From NCBI RefSeq assembly GCF_018977255.1, contig NW_024704771.1, positions 2,232,001 through 2,296,000 on the forward strand: a stretch of DNA of 64,000 bases, read 5' to 3'. Made by a program: the position numbers and the translations under genes. Shown piece by piece: positions 11,153 through 23,600 of this stretch (within the stretch, counting starts at the first letter, position 1; each line of letters opens with the position of its first letter). The notes beneath the pieces were generated by a model. That model was not told the DNA's origin and ran no database searches. It saw only the letters and a program-made list of their open reading frames with translations. The stretch comes from Callorhinchus milii. Taxonomy: Eukaryota.

Positions 11153-13053
11153 TCAATCCACTTCCTCCACGGTTGGGCCCGTAGATGGACAGCTCTTGCC
11201 CGATTGCTCGCTCCCCGCTGCCCCTCCCTGCCTCAGCCTGGCCATGACAGGACTGCACACCCTCTCCAGCTCCTTCAGCTGGTGCTCAAACTCTTCCTTC
11301 TCCGCCGTCTGGTTTCCATCCAGCCAGGCAATGACCTGTCTGCACTTGTCCAGCGCCTGCCTCCTTTCCTCCTCGCCCACCTTGCCCTCTGTGCTCTTGT
11401 CCTCCATTGCACTTTTGGCTGCGTAGACGAACGACTCCAGCCCGTTCTTGGCCGCCACCCTCTCCCGCTGCAACTCGTCATCCACCTTGTAGTTCTCGGC
11501 CTCCTGCACCATCCTCTCAATCTCCTCCTTGCTCAGCCGACCCTTCTCGTTGGTGATGGTGATCTTGTTCTCCTTGCCTGTGCTCTTGTCAGCAGCCGAG
11601 ACGTTCAGGATACCATTGGCATCGATGTCGAAGGTGACCTGGATCTGCGGAACCCACGGGGGGCCGGGGGATTCCACTCAGCTCGAACTTGCCCAGGAGG
11701 TTGTTGTCCTTGGTCATGGCTCTCTCACCCTCATACACTTGCACCAAGACGCCGGGCTGGTTGTCGGAGTAGGTGGTGAAGACCTGGGTCTGTTTGGTGG
11801 GGATGGTTGAGTTCCTCTTGATGAGGGCGGTCATCACGCCTCCCGCCGTCTCCAGCCCCAGGGACAGAGGAGTCACGTCCAGCAGGAGAAGGTCCTGCAC
11901 GTTCTGAGACTTGTCACCCATCAGGATGGCGGCTTGCACAGCCGCACCATAAGCCACTGCCTCATCTGGGTTGATGCCCTTGTTCAGCTCTCGGCCGTTG
12001 AAGAAATCCTGCAGAAGTTTCTGGATCTTCGGGATGCGAGTGGAGCCACCGACGAGGACCACATCTTGGATCTGAGACTTGTCCAGCTTCGCGTCAGTTA
12101 ATGCTTTCTCCACTGGCTCCAGGGTCCCTCTGAACAGGTCCCCATTGAGCTCCTCAAACCGTGCCCTGGTGATGGAGGTGTAGAAGTCGATGCCTTCAAA
12201 GAGGGAGTCGATCTCAATGCTGGCTTGGGTGCTTGAAGACAGAGTCCTCTTTGCCCTCTCACAGGCTGTCCTCAGCCTCCTGACCGCCCTCTTGTTCTGG
12301 CTGATGTCCCTCTTGTGTTTCTCTTGAACTCCTGGATGAAGTGGTCAACCATGCGGCTGTCAAAGTCCTCGCCCCCCAGGTGGGTATCACCAGCCGTGGA
12401 TTTGACTCGAAGATCCCACCATCGATGGTGAGGACGGACACATCGAAGGTGCCCCCACCCAGGTCGAAGATCAGGATGTTCCTCTCCCCGTGGCCCTTCT
12501 TGTCCAGGCCGTATGCGATGGCGGCCGCCGTGGGCTCGTTGATTATTCGGAGGACATTGAGCCCTGCTATCACTCCGGCATCTTTGGTGGCCTGGCGCTG
12601 GGAGTCGTTGAAGTAAGCGGGCACCGTGATGACAGCGTTGGTGACCTTGGAGCCCAGATAAGCCTCAGCGATCTCCTTCATCTTGGTTAGAACCATAGAG
12701 GAGATCTCCTCAGGGTTGAAAGTCTTGGGCTCTCCCTTGTACTCAACCTGCACCATGGGTTTTCCCCCCTGGCTCAACACCTGGAAAGGCCAGTGCTTCA
12801 TGTCCGCCTGCACCACAGGGTCATCGAACTTCCTCCCTATCAGCCTCTTGGCATCAAAGACGGTGTTGGGGGGGTTGAGGGCCACCTGGTTCTTGGCCGC
12901 CTCCCCGATCAGCCNNNNNNNNNNNNNNNNNNNNNNNNNNNNNNNNNNNNNNNNNNNNNNNNNNNNNNNNNNNNNNNNNNNNNNNNNNNNNNNNNNNNNN
13001 NNNNNNNNNNNNNNNNNNNNNNNNNNNNNNNNNNNNNNNNNNNNNNNNNNNAT
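11153..13053 (-). CDS. HSP70: Cytosolic heat shock protein 70 with intronless CDS (HSPA1-like); N-terminal ~46 codons fall in the N gap; four apparent 1-nt deletions
   Basis: Diagnostic motifs [68 protein letters not shown] and C-terminal GPTVEEVD. Frame breaks at ~12406, ~12319, ~11668 and ~11654. The start is inferred from ...CAAT|N at 13051-13053. Confidence 0.95.
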
Positions 13054-13300
13054 TGTCCTGCAGTCAGTGGCCGGGACTTTATGGAACTCAGAGCTTTGAC
13101 TCGGAATCGCTGTCCCAATGGCAGTGGATCTTGTGGTGGAGTCGCTGCGAAGANNNNNNNNNNNNNNNNNNNNNNNNNNNNNNNNNNNNNNNNNNNNNNN
13201 NNNNNNNNNNNNNNNNNNNNNNNNNNNNNNNNNNNNNNNNNNNNNNNNNNNNNNNNNNNNNNNNNNNNNNNNNNNNNNNNNNNNNNNNNNNNNNNNNNNN

Positions 13301-14047
13301 GCTCTCGGTCACTCTGTGGCTGTGCTCTCGGTCACTCTGTGGCTCTGCTCTCGGTCACTCTGTGGCTGTGGCTGTGCTCTCGGTCACTCTGTGGCTCTGC
13401 TCTCGGTCACTCTGTGGCTGTGGCTCTGCTCTCGGTCACTCTGTGGCTGTGGCTCTGCTCTCGGTCTCTCTGTGGCTGTGGCTGTGCTCTCGGTCTCTCT
13501 GTGGCTGTGGCTGTGCTCTCGGTCACTCTGTGGCTGTGGCTCTGCTCTCGGTCTCTCTGTGGCTGTGGCTGTGCTCTCGGTCTCTCTGTGGCTGTGGCTC
13601 TGCTCTCGGTCACTCTGTGGCTGTGGCTGTGCTCTCGGTCTCTCTGTGGCTGTGGCTGTGCTCTCGGTCACTCTGTGGCTCTGCTCTCGGTCACTCTGTG
13701 GCTGTGCTCTCGGTCACTCTGTGGCTCTGCTCTCGGTCACTCTGTGGCTCTGCTCTCGGTCACTCTGTGGCTCTGCTCTCGGTCACTCTGTGGCTCTGCT
13801 CTCGGTCACTCTGTGGCTGTGCTCTCGGTCACTCTGTGGCTGTGGCTGTGCTCTCGGTCACTCTGTGGCTGTGGCTCTGCTCTCGGTCACTCTGTGGCTG
13901 TGGCTCTGCTCTCGGTCACTCTGTGGCTGTGGCTCTGCTCTCGGTCACTCTGTGGCTGTGGCTCTGCTCTCGGTCACTCTGTGGCTGTGGCTCTGCTCTC
14001 GGTCACTCTGTGGCTCTGCTCTCGGTCACTCTGTGGCTGTGGCTCTG
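13301..14047. repeat. Minisatellite (23-29 bp unit GCTCTCGGTCACTCTGTGGCT[GTGGCT]) between the HSP70 TATA box and start codon
   Basis: About 750 bp of tandem units read directly. Confidence 0.95.
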
Positions 14048-14049
14048 AC

Positions 14050-14180
14050 TCTCTGTATATGGCATCAGCTGCTCGGGCTGTGGGCGGGTCTGTCGCCCAC
14101 GGCGGCCAATCAGAGGGCGGTGCGGTGACGTCACGGACAGAAACCCCCAGAAGCTTCCGGGTTGGCGGCCAATCAGAGCG
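14050..14180 (-). promoter_or_regulatory. HSP70 proximal promoter
   Basis: TATA-like CATATACA (14054-14061, minus); GC boxes (14082-14087, ~14115); two GCGGCCAATCAGAG CCAAT boxes (14106, 14169); perfect CRE TGACGTCA (14126-14133); gap-type HSE aGAAa-ccccc-aGAAg-cTTCc (14139-14158). Confidence 0.85.
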
Positions 14181-14229
14181 GCGGAACTGTGGGGAAACCT
14201 CAGGAAGGAACGAAGCGGAGAATCCGCTG

Positions 14230-14900
14230 TAAATCAGGAAAACCGCATCGAAACTTCTGGGAACATCTGGAATTCAGCACAAATACAGCGCAAAAGTGCC
14301 GAAACCTGAAAATCAGCGGCACCTCAGTGTAAAGGGCAGAAACACCCGAAAATCAGCACAAACTTCAGGAAAAATGCCCCCAAACAGCTGGAAATCAGCT
14401 GAAAATTAGCGCAAAAGTTTCCAAACATCTGGAATCAGCCGCGACTTCTTCTTAATATGTGGAGATCGCGATCACTGGAAATCAGCCGAAACTTTGGGAA
14501 TGTGTCGCTGGAAACCAGACAAACGTTCACGTGAGTGTTCGACCGCTGGTTATCAGCTGAAACTTCTGGAAAGTGCTGTAAACCATTGGGAACTCATATC
14601 AAATTGTTCGCAATTTTTGCTGAAATTTTGGGGAAGTGATAGACACAGCGGGAGATCCGCTGAAACTTCATTGAAAGTGTCCAAAACATCACGAAGTCAA
14701 AGTTTATATGAAGTTATTATTATTGAAGTGAAGATGTGTAAAGTTACTGGAAATCAGCAGAAGTTTCTCGACAGTGCAGCTGGAAATGAGCCAAAAGTTC
14801 ATGTCAAGTGCCGACACCACAGCTCATCAGCTGTAACTTCGAGAAAGTGCTGCAAGAAATTTGCTGAAGTTTCCAGTAAGTGCCGGAATCAGTTGGAAAT
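14230..14900. promoter_or_regulatory. Distal array of heat-shock-element units in a degenerate GGAAATCAGCnGAAACTTC repeat
   Basis: Perfect 3-unit HSE tGAAa-cTTCt-gGAAa at 14558-14572; 2-unit HSEs at 14249, 14363, 14661, 14759, 14837 and 14865. Confidence 0.55.
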
Positions 14901-14939
14901 GTACATTAAATTGTTCAAATGTGAACAGCCACTCAGACA

Positions 14940-15240
14940 ACAACACGATTACATTTGTATAGCGCCTTTCACGACGGGAGGACGTCCTGAGGCGCTGGAC
15001 AGAGTACAGCATTTCAGACCTGAGTGGGGTCGGGGGGGAGGGGGAGGGGGAGGGGAGAGGCCGATGGTGTGGTCGATGAGGAGGGTCTTGAGGCGAGACT
15101 TAAAGGAGGCTAAGGAGGGGGCGAGGCGGAGTGATGGGGGATGGATTCCCAGAGGTTCGGGCGGAGTGGCTGAAGGCTCTCCCGCCAATGGTGGGCGGGT
15201 GGGTCGGGGGACGTTGAGCAGCCAGAGCCGGCTGAGCGGA
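14940..15240 (-). mobile_element. L2-clade LINE 3' end
   Basis: [11 protein letters not shown]-type terminal ORF2 motif plus the GGACGTCCTCC...GTGAAAGGCGC tail and (GTT)n. Confidence 0.75.
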
Positions 15241-15244
15241 ATTG

Positions 15245-15612
15245 AATTGGCTAAAGGGAGTACAATTGCCAAGTTTTAAGTCTGCAGATGATACTAAGCT
15301 AAGACAAGCAGTGAACGGAGAGGAGGATAGTAGCAGAATATAAGAGGACGTAGACAGAGTGGTAGAATGGGCAGACATGTGGCACATGAAGTTTAATGTG
15401 GAGAAATGCAAAGTGATGTATTTCGGGATGTGGGACCTCATAGTTGGTACAGTAAATCTTTGAAGGTCGCAGGACAGGAAGACAAAGCTATTTAAAAATA
15501 TATAGGAAATACTTGGCTGTATTAATAGGGGCAAAATTCAGGAAGTGGTACTTTATAAAACACTGGTTAGGCCTCAGCTAGAGTTCTGCAGGGTGCAAAG
15601 GAAATTTACCAG
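15245..15612 (+). mobile_element. CR1 LINE RT fragment
   Basis: Degenerate KxADDTKL...EWADMWHMKFNVEKCKVMYFG. Confidence 0.75.
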
Positions 15613-17083
15613 GTGACATGATTTATACCTCATCAGAAAAGTATGCAATGCAGAGTGTCATGGGCATATTTTTGTGGGCAGATATCTATCGTTGATGAGC
15701 TTAATCCTCAAAATATGAGTATGCACAGTACTCTGCAACAAATCACACTCCCTTCCATATTCTGCAATAACATAGCGAAAGGAGTCCTCCCACTAAGTCC
15801 TCCCAACAAGGAATCCTCCCACTGAGTCTTCCTATTGAGTCCTTCCAACAGCCGCCATCCCAAAGGCACATTTTCTTAATCTTAAGGATACCTAAGGGAA
15901 GATCAAGCCTTCCAAGGAGAACAAAAATGCCACACAAAGGAGAGAAGTCTGAATAAATGAAACTGAAGAACAAAGAACAGCTCAGTTGGACTTCGACACA
16001 GAACGACATGATCTCAAAACCTGTACATCATGTTCGAAGGAGAAACTGTAAATGTCATCTACATGGAAGCTTTGCAATAACTCAAAGACAATCTGGATCA
16101 CATATAAACTCGTCCGGTTAGCATAGCATTGACAATATCTTTCATTGTTGATGAGCTATGACCCATCGCACATGTATGGGAGTTTTGCTTAAGGTGTACA
16201 TACAGTGTTCGTGGCATGTTAAATGGTTTGTCAGTGCTATCACTGCAATCTACGTTCCATATCGGATCTTTGTTATTATTATAAATTAGAGTTTAATATT
16301 TCTTCAGGAGTTTCAAATATTTTATTTTTCATATATAAACCGAGCTGTCTGGGATAGAAAGATAAAATTATTTAAATAATAATTAAATAATTTTAAACAC
16401 GACTGTGTGTGGGACATTACTGTGTGCAATTGCCTGCTGCGTTTTGCCCACAAAATACATACGCAATCAACTTTCCATTATATTCTGTGAAGGGCTTTGA
16501 GATATCTCGAAGGTGTTATCAGGCCCTATATGAAATGCAAGGATTATTGTTATCATTAATAATCATCTTGTGATTCATTGTTTAATTACATAAACAGATA
16601 AAAGGTATTAAAATGAATATAGTCATCAAAAGCAATCACAAAGGGAGACACAAGGATTGATTATTATTAATAAGAAAAAACAAGTAAAGCTCTGTGTAGA
16701 CAGCGGGTTACGAGTGCTCGAAGGGTCTCAGCACCCATACCCCCTCCTCCCACCCTCCTCCCACAACCTATTACCGTCACCTGTTTAAGGGGAGCTGGGA
16801 GGAAAAAGCCCTGAGGAAGACCACAGTCAGTCTCCTCAACGTCCCCAACACATGGGCCCCTCTTGCCCTTCACCTAACTTGTCAACGGCTGCTCGTCTGG
16901 ACATCATGAGCTCTGATTGGCCGATGGACCTCGGAGTCAGTGGTGAAGAGGGAGGAGAACCCATCTTTGATGATGGCACAGAGATCACATCCGTCTTAAG
17001 GGGAACAGTCCCACTCATCTCCCCGAGAATATTTTCACCCACCGCTTATCAATCTAGTGAATGGCTGAGGGTTTTCCATCTTA

Positions 17084-17610
17084 TTAAGCTCTCACTGAGC
17101 AGATTGTCAGCGGCTCAGAGTTTCCTCCGTCCTCATTATACCAGGGACTGAACAGAGGATAAAGTTTCTCAGTGAAAGTTTGGGTGAAAGTGTGGAGATG
17201 AGCCATGTTGTCAGCGTTGTAAAATGACACCTGTCCCCCCTCATAGTCCAGGAACACTCCGACCTTCCCGGGTCTCTCTCTCGGGGTCAGACAGGTACGA
17301 TGGGAGGTCAGAGCATAATAGACCACACCCATCAGACACACACACCAGACTCCACCCTCTGTGATGGGTTCTTTTCTGTCCACCGACTCTCTGGCTACTC
17401 CCACAATCCAGTCAGTCTTGTTGCCCACCTGCACCTCCCAGTAATGTCCCCCCGACATGTAGCCCTCAGATCCCAGCACAAATGGCCAGTTAATGAACCT
17501 CTCCGGGATGTCCGGGAGCTGCTGCTGTTCATCTCCAACTCTCACACTGATCAGGTCGTCAGACAGGATGAGCTGAGGATGGGCTGTGTCAGGATCCAGA
17601 GTGACTGTAA
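17084..17610 (-). CDS. B30.2 (PRY/SPRY) terminal exon of gene A
   Basis: [17 protein letters not shown]...GHYWEVQVG...[18 protein letters not shown]...[11 protein letters not shown]; acceptor at 17611-17612, TAA at 17084-17086. Confidence 0.95.
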
Positions 17611-20600
17611 CTAGAGTGAGAATCAGAACATTACTCAGAACAGTGAACCACACTTACAGCTATAAATAAAATAATCTTTAGCATCACACATTACACACTG
17701 TGTAATACATCAACATCTCGTGGTAACAGAATCCAGAAAAAAGGTTCACTGTATGTGTGTGTGTGTGTCAGGGGTGGGGGGTGATGTGAGGGTGTGTTTT
17801 GTGTGGGGGTGTAAGTGACGGTGTGTGTGTTGGAGGGGGAGGAAAGCGAAGGCCGCGATGTGGAAATGTTGACATTTACATTTTGGAAAAGTAAACCAGT
17901 CCTGGCAGCACAAACCTGTAAATTGTTCTTGTTCATGATTTTAGGATCTTGTATAACCATGGATTAGATTTCCCCGGTTGATGGATTGTGATGAACATGG
18001 ACTACTTTTTCCAGTTTTCCCATCTCTCTGGAGAAAAATTATATTCCTGCACTTTGCATTTGTTGCTCTGAACATTTCCTCAAATCACAAAGGCAGAGTC
18101 TGCCTATTTTCCTCTCACCTTCTGATTGAATTTTCTGATATTTCCACTGACCTGTTTTCCACCCAAGAGTCTTATTTGAAAAATTATAATATATTTAACT
18201 CTGCAAGACTTTTATAATAATAATCCTTGTGTTTGATACAGTGCTTATCACATCATCAAACCAGAATATACTCTAAAGTGAATTGACTGTGTGATTTATG
18301 GGAGAAACATGGCATCCAGTTTGCACTCAGAAGCGTTGCACCAACAGTCCTGGGGTGAGGGATCAATTTTATTTGGGGGATTTGTTGACCAGGGGAAACT
18401 CCCTTCTCTTGTCGAGTTCTGCCACGGGATCTTTAATGGCCACCAGAAGAGGCAGACAGGACCTCGGTTTAACATCTCATCTGAAGGACACCTCTGTCAA
18501 TACAACACACCCCCAGCACTGAATTGGAGCATCAGCTTAGACGATGTGATTCCAAGATCCGATGTGAGATTCTGACTCAGAGGCGAGAAAGCTCCCACTG
18601 AGCCCGGCTGACACATCTTTTATCCCTCCAGGATGACTGTGTTCATTCTACATGTCACTGACCAATCCATATCTTATGGACCACTTTGTAACAGAGTGTA
18701 ACCGATTGCAGGAGTTCCTTTCAGAGTGGACAGTCCCAGTGTTTGACAATGAACGTGGCAGGTTTATGGGAATATTGTGTTCCCAGGTTACTGAGACTCT
18801 TACCTGCGTAGGGGTGAACTTTCTCCGCTCTGGAAACAAGAAGAAAGGAGAATTAATCAGTTTCACAGCTGCCGCACACGCAGATGAGGAGTATGTTCAT
18901 GTTTGAAGTCAATGTACATGAGTGAGTCCATGGAAAGCCACTGCCCCTCACACTGAGAGCTGCCGCTGTGTTCAGCCAATTCACACCAGCCACAGATTAT
19001 AATGTGTGAGATGCTGATAACTTAATTAGAGTTTTCTCTATATATTAATTATAATCATTGTAATAATTCTTGCATTTGATATAGAGCTTTACCACGTCAT
19101 TGAGATGTCTCAAAGCGCATCACAGGATTTACTGCTAAGTGAATTGACTGTATTTTGTGAGCGAAACACAGCAGTCAATTGTGCACAGCAGTGTCACACA
19201 AACAGACATGGATTGAGTGACCCAAATTATTATTTTAAAAATAATAATAATAATAATCCTTGCATTTGATATAGTGCTTTTCACGTCTGGAGGACTTCCC
19301 AAAGCGCCTCACAGAATACACTGTAAAGTGAATTGATTGTATATTTGTGGGCGAACGCGGCAGCCAATTGCGCACAGCAGTGTCCCACACACAGTCATGG
19401 ATTGAAAATGACCAATTTATTATTGTTTTGTTTTTTTGGAGGGATTATTATTAGGCTCTGTGTGGATTAAGGGAATTTAACCAAGGTTTCGCCCTCTGCC
19501 TGGGATTGAACTCAGGTCTCTCACTTGCAAAGCGACTGCTCTAAATTTTGCTTTTAAAGAGATTATTACACCTGGAAAAGTGAAGATTAATTGACAAACA
19601 GCCAGGTTCCCACTTATTGCTGTGTAAACAGAGGCACGTGGAGTAAGGAAACTGGCCTTAGGTTTTTCCCTGTTTAGGAATCAAACCCGTGACCTCTCGC
19701 TTGTGAGGCGAATGCTCTAAACACTGAGCTACAGGACTCCATAATTCAAAAGATTAGCCAAATCAGCAAGGCCATAATAATGTGCTTGATAGTATTTACT
19801 ATAAATAATAATATATATCGTAATGTACTTTATGCTTTATTTTTTTCTAGTAGGTCTGAAATTAAGTTATTTCTGGTTAAGTTTGTAATACATTGGAATT
19901 AATTTGGTAGTTTTGATTTACTTTTTCTCAGCTTTCAGTGATCAGAAACCCTCCACATGAGGTGATATCACTGGTATATTTCCTTTATAATTTACTTCAG
20001 AAATGTTCAAGATCTGAAACCATTTATCAATAAAAATCTGAATTTAATTCAGTTTCCACACTCCACACGCCTAATAATAATCCCTCAAGAAAAAAAACCA
20101 TAATAAATTGGTCACTTCAATTTGGTTGCTGCTTTTTGCCCATAAATATACAGAATACACTTTGCAGTATATTCTGTGAAGCACTTTGAGACGTCTAGAA
20201 GATGCGAAAAGCATTATATTAAATGTAAGGCTTATGGTCATTATTATTATTATTATTACTGTGATAAAGGACTTGTGAGGCCTGAAAAGTGAAGCTGTTT
20301 ATAAAATTTGACCAGGATTTTGTGGAACATTTTCCAACAAGGAAGGAGGCAGCCCGAGCACTAACTCTCGGCAATGACGGTTGGTAAGAAAGCTGTGTAA
20401 GAGAAGGGGAAGTGTACCAATTAATAACCATAACATAACTCGAATTGATATAGAATATATAGAATATATAGAAATATAGACTGTATCTTACAGCACAGAA
20501 GGAGGGCATTCGGCCCATCGTACCCGTGACATGTTTTTGAAATAACTACCAATTAGTCCCATTCTCCTGCTCTTACCCCATAGCTCTGCACATTATTGCT

Positions 20601-23600
20601 TTCAAAGTAAATCTATCTTTTTGGTTCATGCACTACCTTCATCTCAGTCGATTATTAGTATCTCAGGATAAATATTGGGGTTTGTTAACATTTATCTCTC
20701 AGTCCCGAAGATTGTGTGAAACACATTTTATGCAACTATTTGGTGTTGAGGTGATCTAATGTCAATGAGATTTCATCACAACAGAGATTGTTGTATAATT
20801 TTGCTTACCCAGTCTTTTCTGAAGGTCTGTTGAATAAAAAATGTAAATTGTTAGTATAGACACATTGTTACTACATTGACAAACTGATTATGTATATTCC
20901 TGTAGCTCAGTGGTTAGAGCACTCGCCTCACAAGCGAGAGACCTGGGTTCGATTCCCGGTAGTGCGACATGTTGGGCAAGTTTCCTTACTCCACATGCCT
21001 CTGTTTACCCAGCAGTACATAGAGACTGGTTGTTAGTGGATTGGTGTATGGCTTTTCCGGGAGTAATAATTCCTTCCAAAAACTATTAATAATTTGATCA
21101 CTCAATCCACGACTTTGTTGGCCACTACTGAGCGCAATTGGCTGCAGTGTTTTGCCCACAAAATATACAGTCAAATAAATTTGCAGTATATTCTATGAGG
21201 TGCGTTGTGACCTCTCGCAGATGTGAGAAGGCGCTATATCAAATGCAAGGATTATTATTATGATGAATACAGTTTTATGTTGAGGGATAATCTACAGGGT
21301 GTTTAGCAACCCCAGGTTTTCTTTCTAAAATTAATTTTTATTTTCTAAAACTACAGAGGAGGTGAAACAAGCTATCAGAGATACATATCAACTTGTTACT
21401 CCATCATGGTACAGAAGATGTTGCACCAAACTTGGCAACGGATCATTATCTGCCATGAAAATGGTGGAGCTCACTCACTCTCACCGATCCTCTGGACGTC
21501 TAAATACAGTTAAACCTCAGCCTCGCCTCCTTCCTTGCTGCCTGCAAGACCCATGTTAAGAATCTCCTCTTCGACCCTGCTTTCAATCACCCTGATTCCC
21601 CATGCCATACACCCTCCCCAATCCCAACCCGCAGCTCGGGTCCAAAACTCTGACTATCTAATGCCTTGGGACGTTATCAAGCTACCGGCCCATCTCCAAC
21701 CTCCCCTTTCTCTCCAAGGTCCTGGAAAGAGTTGTCGCCTCCCAACTGCGCTCTTTCCTTTCCACCCATTCTCTTTTCAAACCCCTTCAGTCAGGTTTCC
21801 GTGCTGCCCATAGCACAGAAACTGCCCTGGTCAAGGTCACCAATGATATCCTGACCATCTGTGACCAGGGCTCCCTCTGCCTCCTCGTCCTCCTCGACCT
21901 ATCGGCAGCATTCGATACGGTCGACCACGCTATCCTACTCCACCGCTTGTCCTCCCACCTCAACCTTCAAGGCACTGTCCTTTAGTGGTTTAGGTCGTAC
22001 CTTTCTCACCGTCTTCACTTTGTCTCGACGAATGGCTTCTCCTCCACCCCCCGTACTGTCTCATGTGGAGTCCCTCAGGGCTCTGTCCTCGGTCCCCTCC
22101 TCTTCACCCTCTATATGCTCCCCCTTGGTGACATCATCCGCAGACATGGAGTTAACTTCCACATGTATGCGGATGACACCCAACTCTACCTTTCCTCCTC
22201 TACTCTCAACTCCACGACCACCGATGTCCTGACAGCTGCCTGTCCGACATCGAGTCCTGGACGAGAGACAACTTTCTTCAGCTCAACGTGCGAAAAACCG
22301 AGGCCCTCCTGATTGGTTCGCGTCAGCGCCTCCGCACCTCAGGCGCCGACACCATCAGCATCCAAGGCTGCACTCTCCACCTCTCAAAGCCAGTCAGGAA
22401 CCTCGGCGTTTTGTTCGACCCTGAGCTGTCCTTTCTCCCTCACATCCGCACCACAACTGGCACCGCCTTCCATCACCTCCGGAACATCGCCAGACTACGG
22501 CATTACCTCACCCCTCACGCTGCTGAAACCCTGGTTCACGCCTTTGTCACCTCAAGACTGGACTATGGGAACTCTCTCCTCGCCGGCCTTCCCGCCACCT
22601 CCCTCCACAACTGCAGGTCATTCAGAACTCTGCAGCTCGTGTACTGTCCCGCACCAGGCTTCCGGAACACATCACTCCCACCCACGCTGGCCTCCACTGG
22701 CTCCCCATCCCCCAGAGGATTGATTTCAATATCCTCATCCTCACCTACAAGGCCATTCACGGCCTTGCTCCCTCCTACCTCTCCAACCTACTATCCCCCT
22801 ACCTACCTGCCCGTACCCTCCGTTCCTCTGGCTCCGGTCTGCTCCAGGTCCCCCGCCCCAACCGCCCTACCATCGGTGGTCGGGCCTTCAGCCTCTCAGC
22901 CCCGAGGCTCTGGAACTCTATCCCCCAGTGCCTTCGCCGCTTCCTCCCTCTCCTCCTTCAAGGCCGGTCTCAAAACCTTTCTCTTTGACCGAGCCTTCAG
23001 CTCCCCTCTCGACTCTCTTCCCCCTTCTCGCTCCCTCCCATCCCTCCCCTCACCCTGACCATTTCCCCCCTCCTCGCTCCCTCCCCTCCCCTCACCCTGA
23101 CCATTTCCCCCCTCCTCGCTCCCTTCCCTCCCCTCACCCTGACCATTTCCCCCCTGCTCGGGTCATGACCCAACTGTGCAGCGCCTTGGGACGTCCTCCT
23201 GACGTGAAAGGCGCTTTATAAATGGAATCTTGTTGTTGTTGTTGTCCTCTCAACATGAAAGGAGCTACACACATGTAATTTTGTTCTTATTTCAGTGGTA
23301 CACAATAAAATTAAGGACTTTGAAATACAATCACAATTAGTGTAACAATTGTTTCATAGAAAGTATTTGTTTCATGAAAACAAACAATGTGTGACTTGTA
23401 ATGGGAGATGTTACTGGTGGGAACGTACCTTTGATTTCTCGATGCTGTTTTATACTGTAGCCGACAAGAACACTCAGCACCATTATGGCAAGTCCTAAGA
23501 GCAGTGAGGAAACCATCAAACTCACTGGCATTTTGGGAAAGAAGTCGTCTGTCAAGAAATGTAAATAGACATTTAAAGAAGTGGTGTGTCAGCCTGGCTC

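Noticed and set aside
10802-11810. Plus-strand ORFs of 325 aa and shorter
   Set aside because: Antisense shadows of the GC3-rich HSP70 CDS.
12793-14232. 331-479 aa Cys/Leu/Ser repeat ORFs
   Set aside because: Translations of the minisatellite and N gaps.
14494-15279. 261-aa plus-strand ORF upstream of HSP70
   Set aside because: No recognisable domain; it runs through the HSE repeat into an antisense L2 tail.
16836-17042. Ser/Pro-rich ORF just after the gene A B30.2 stop (possible extended tail)
   Set aside because: Separated by tandem TAA TAA stops and not in a continuous frame; treated as 3' UTR.
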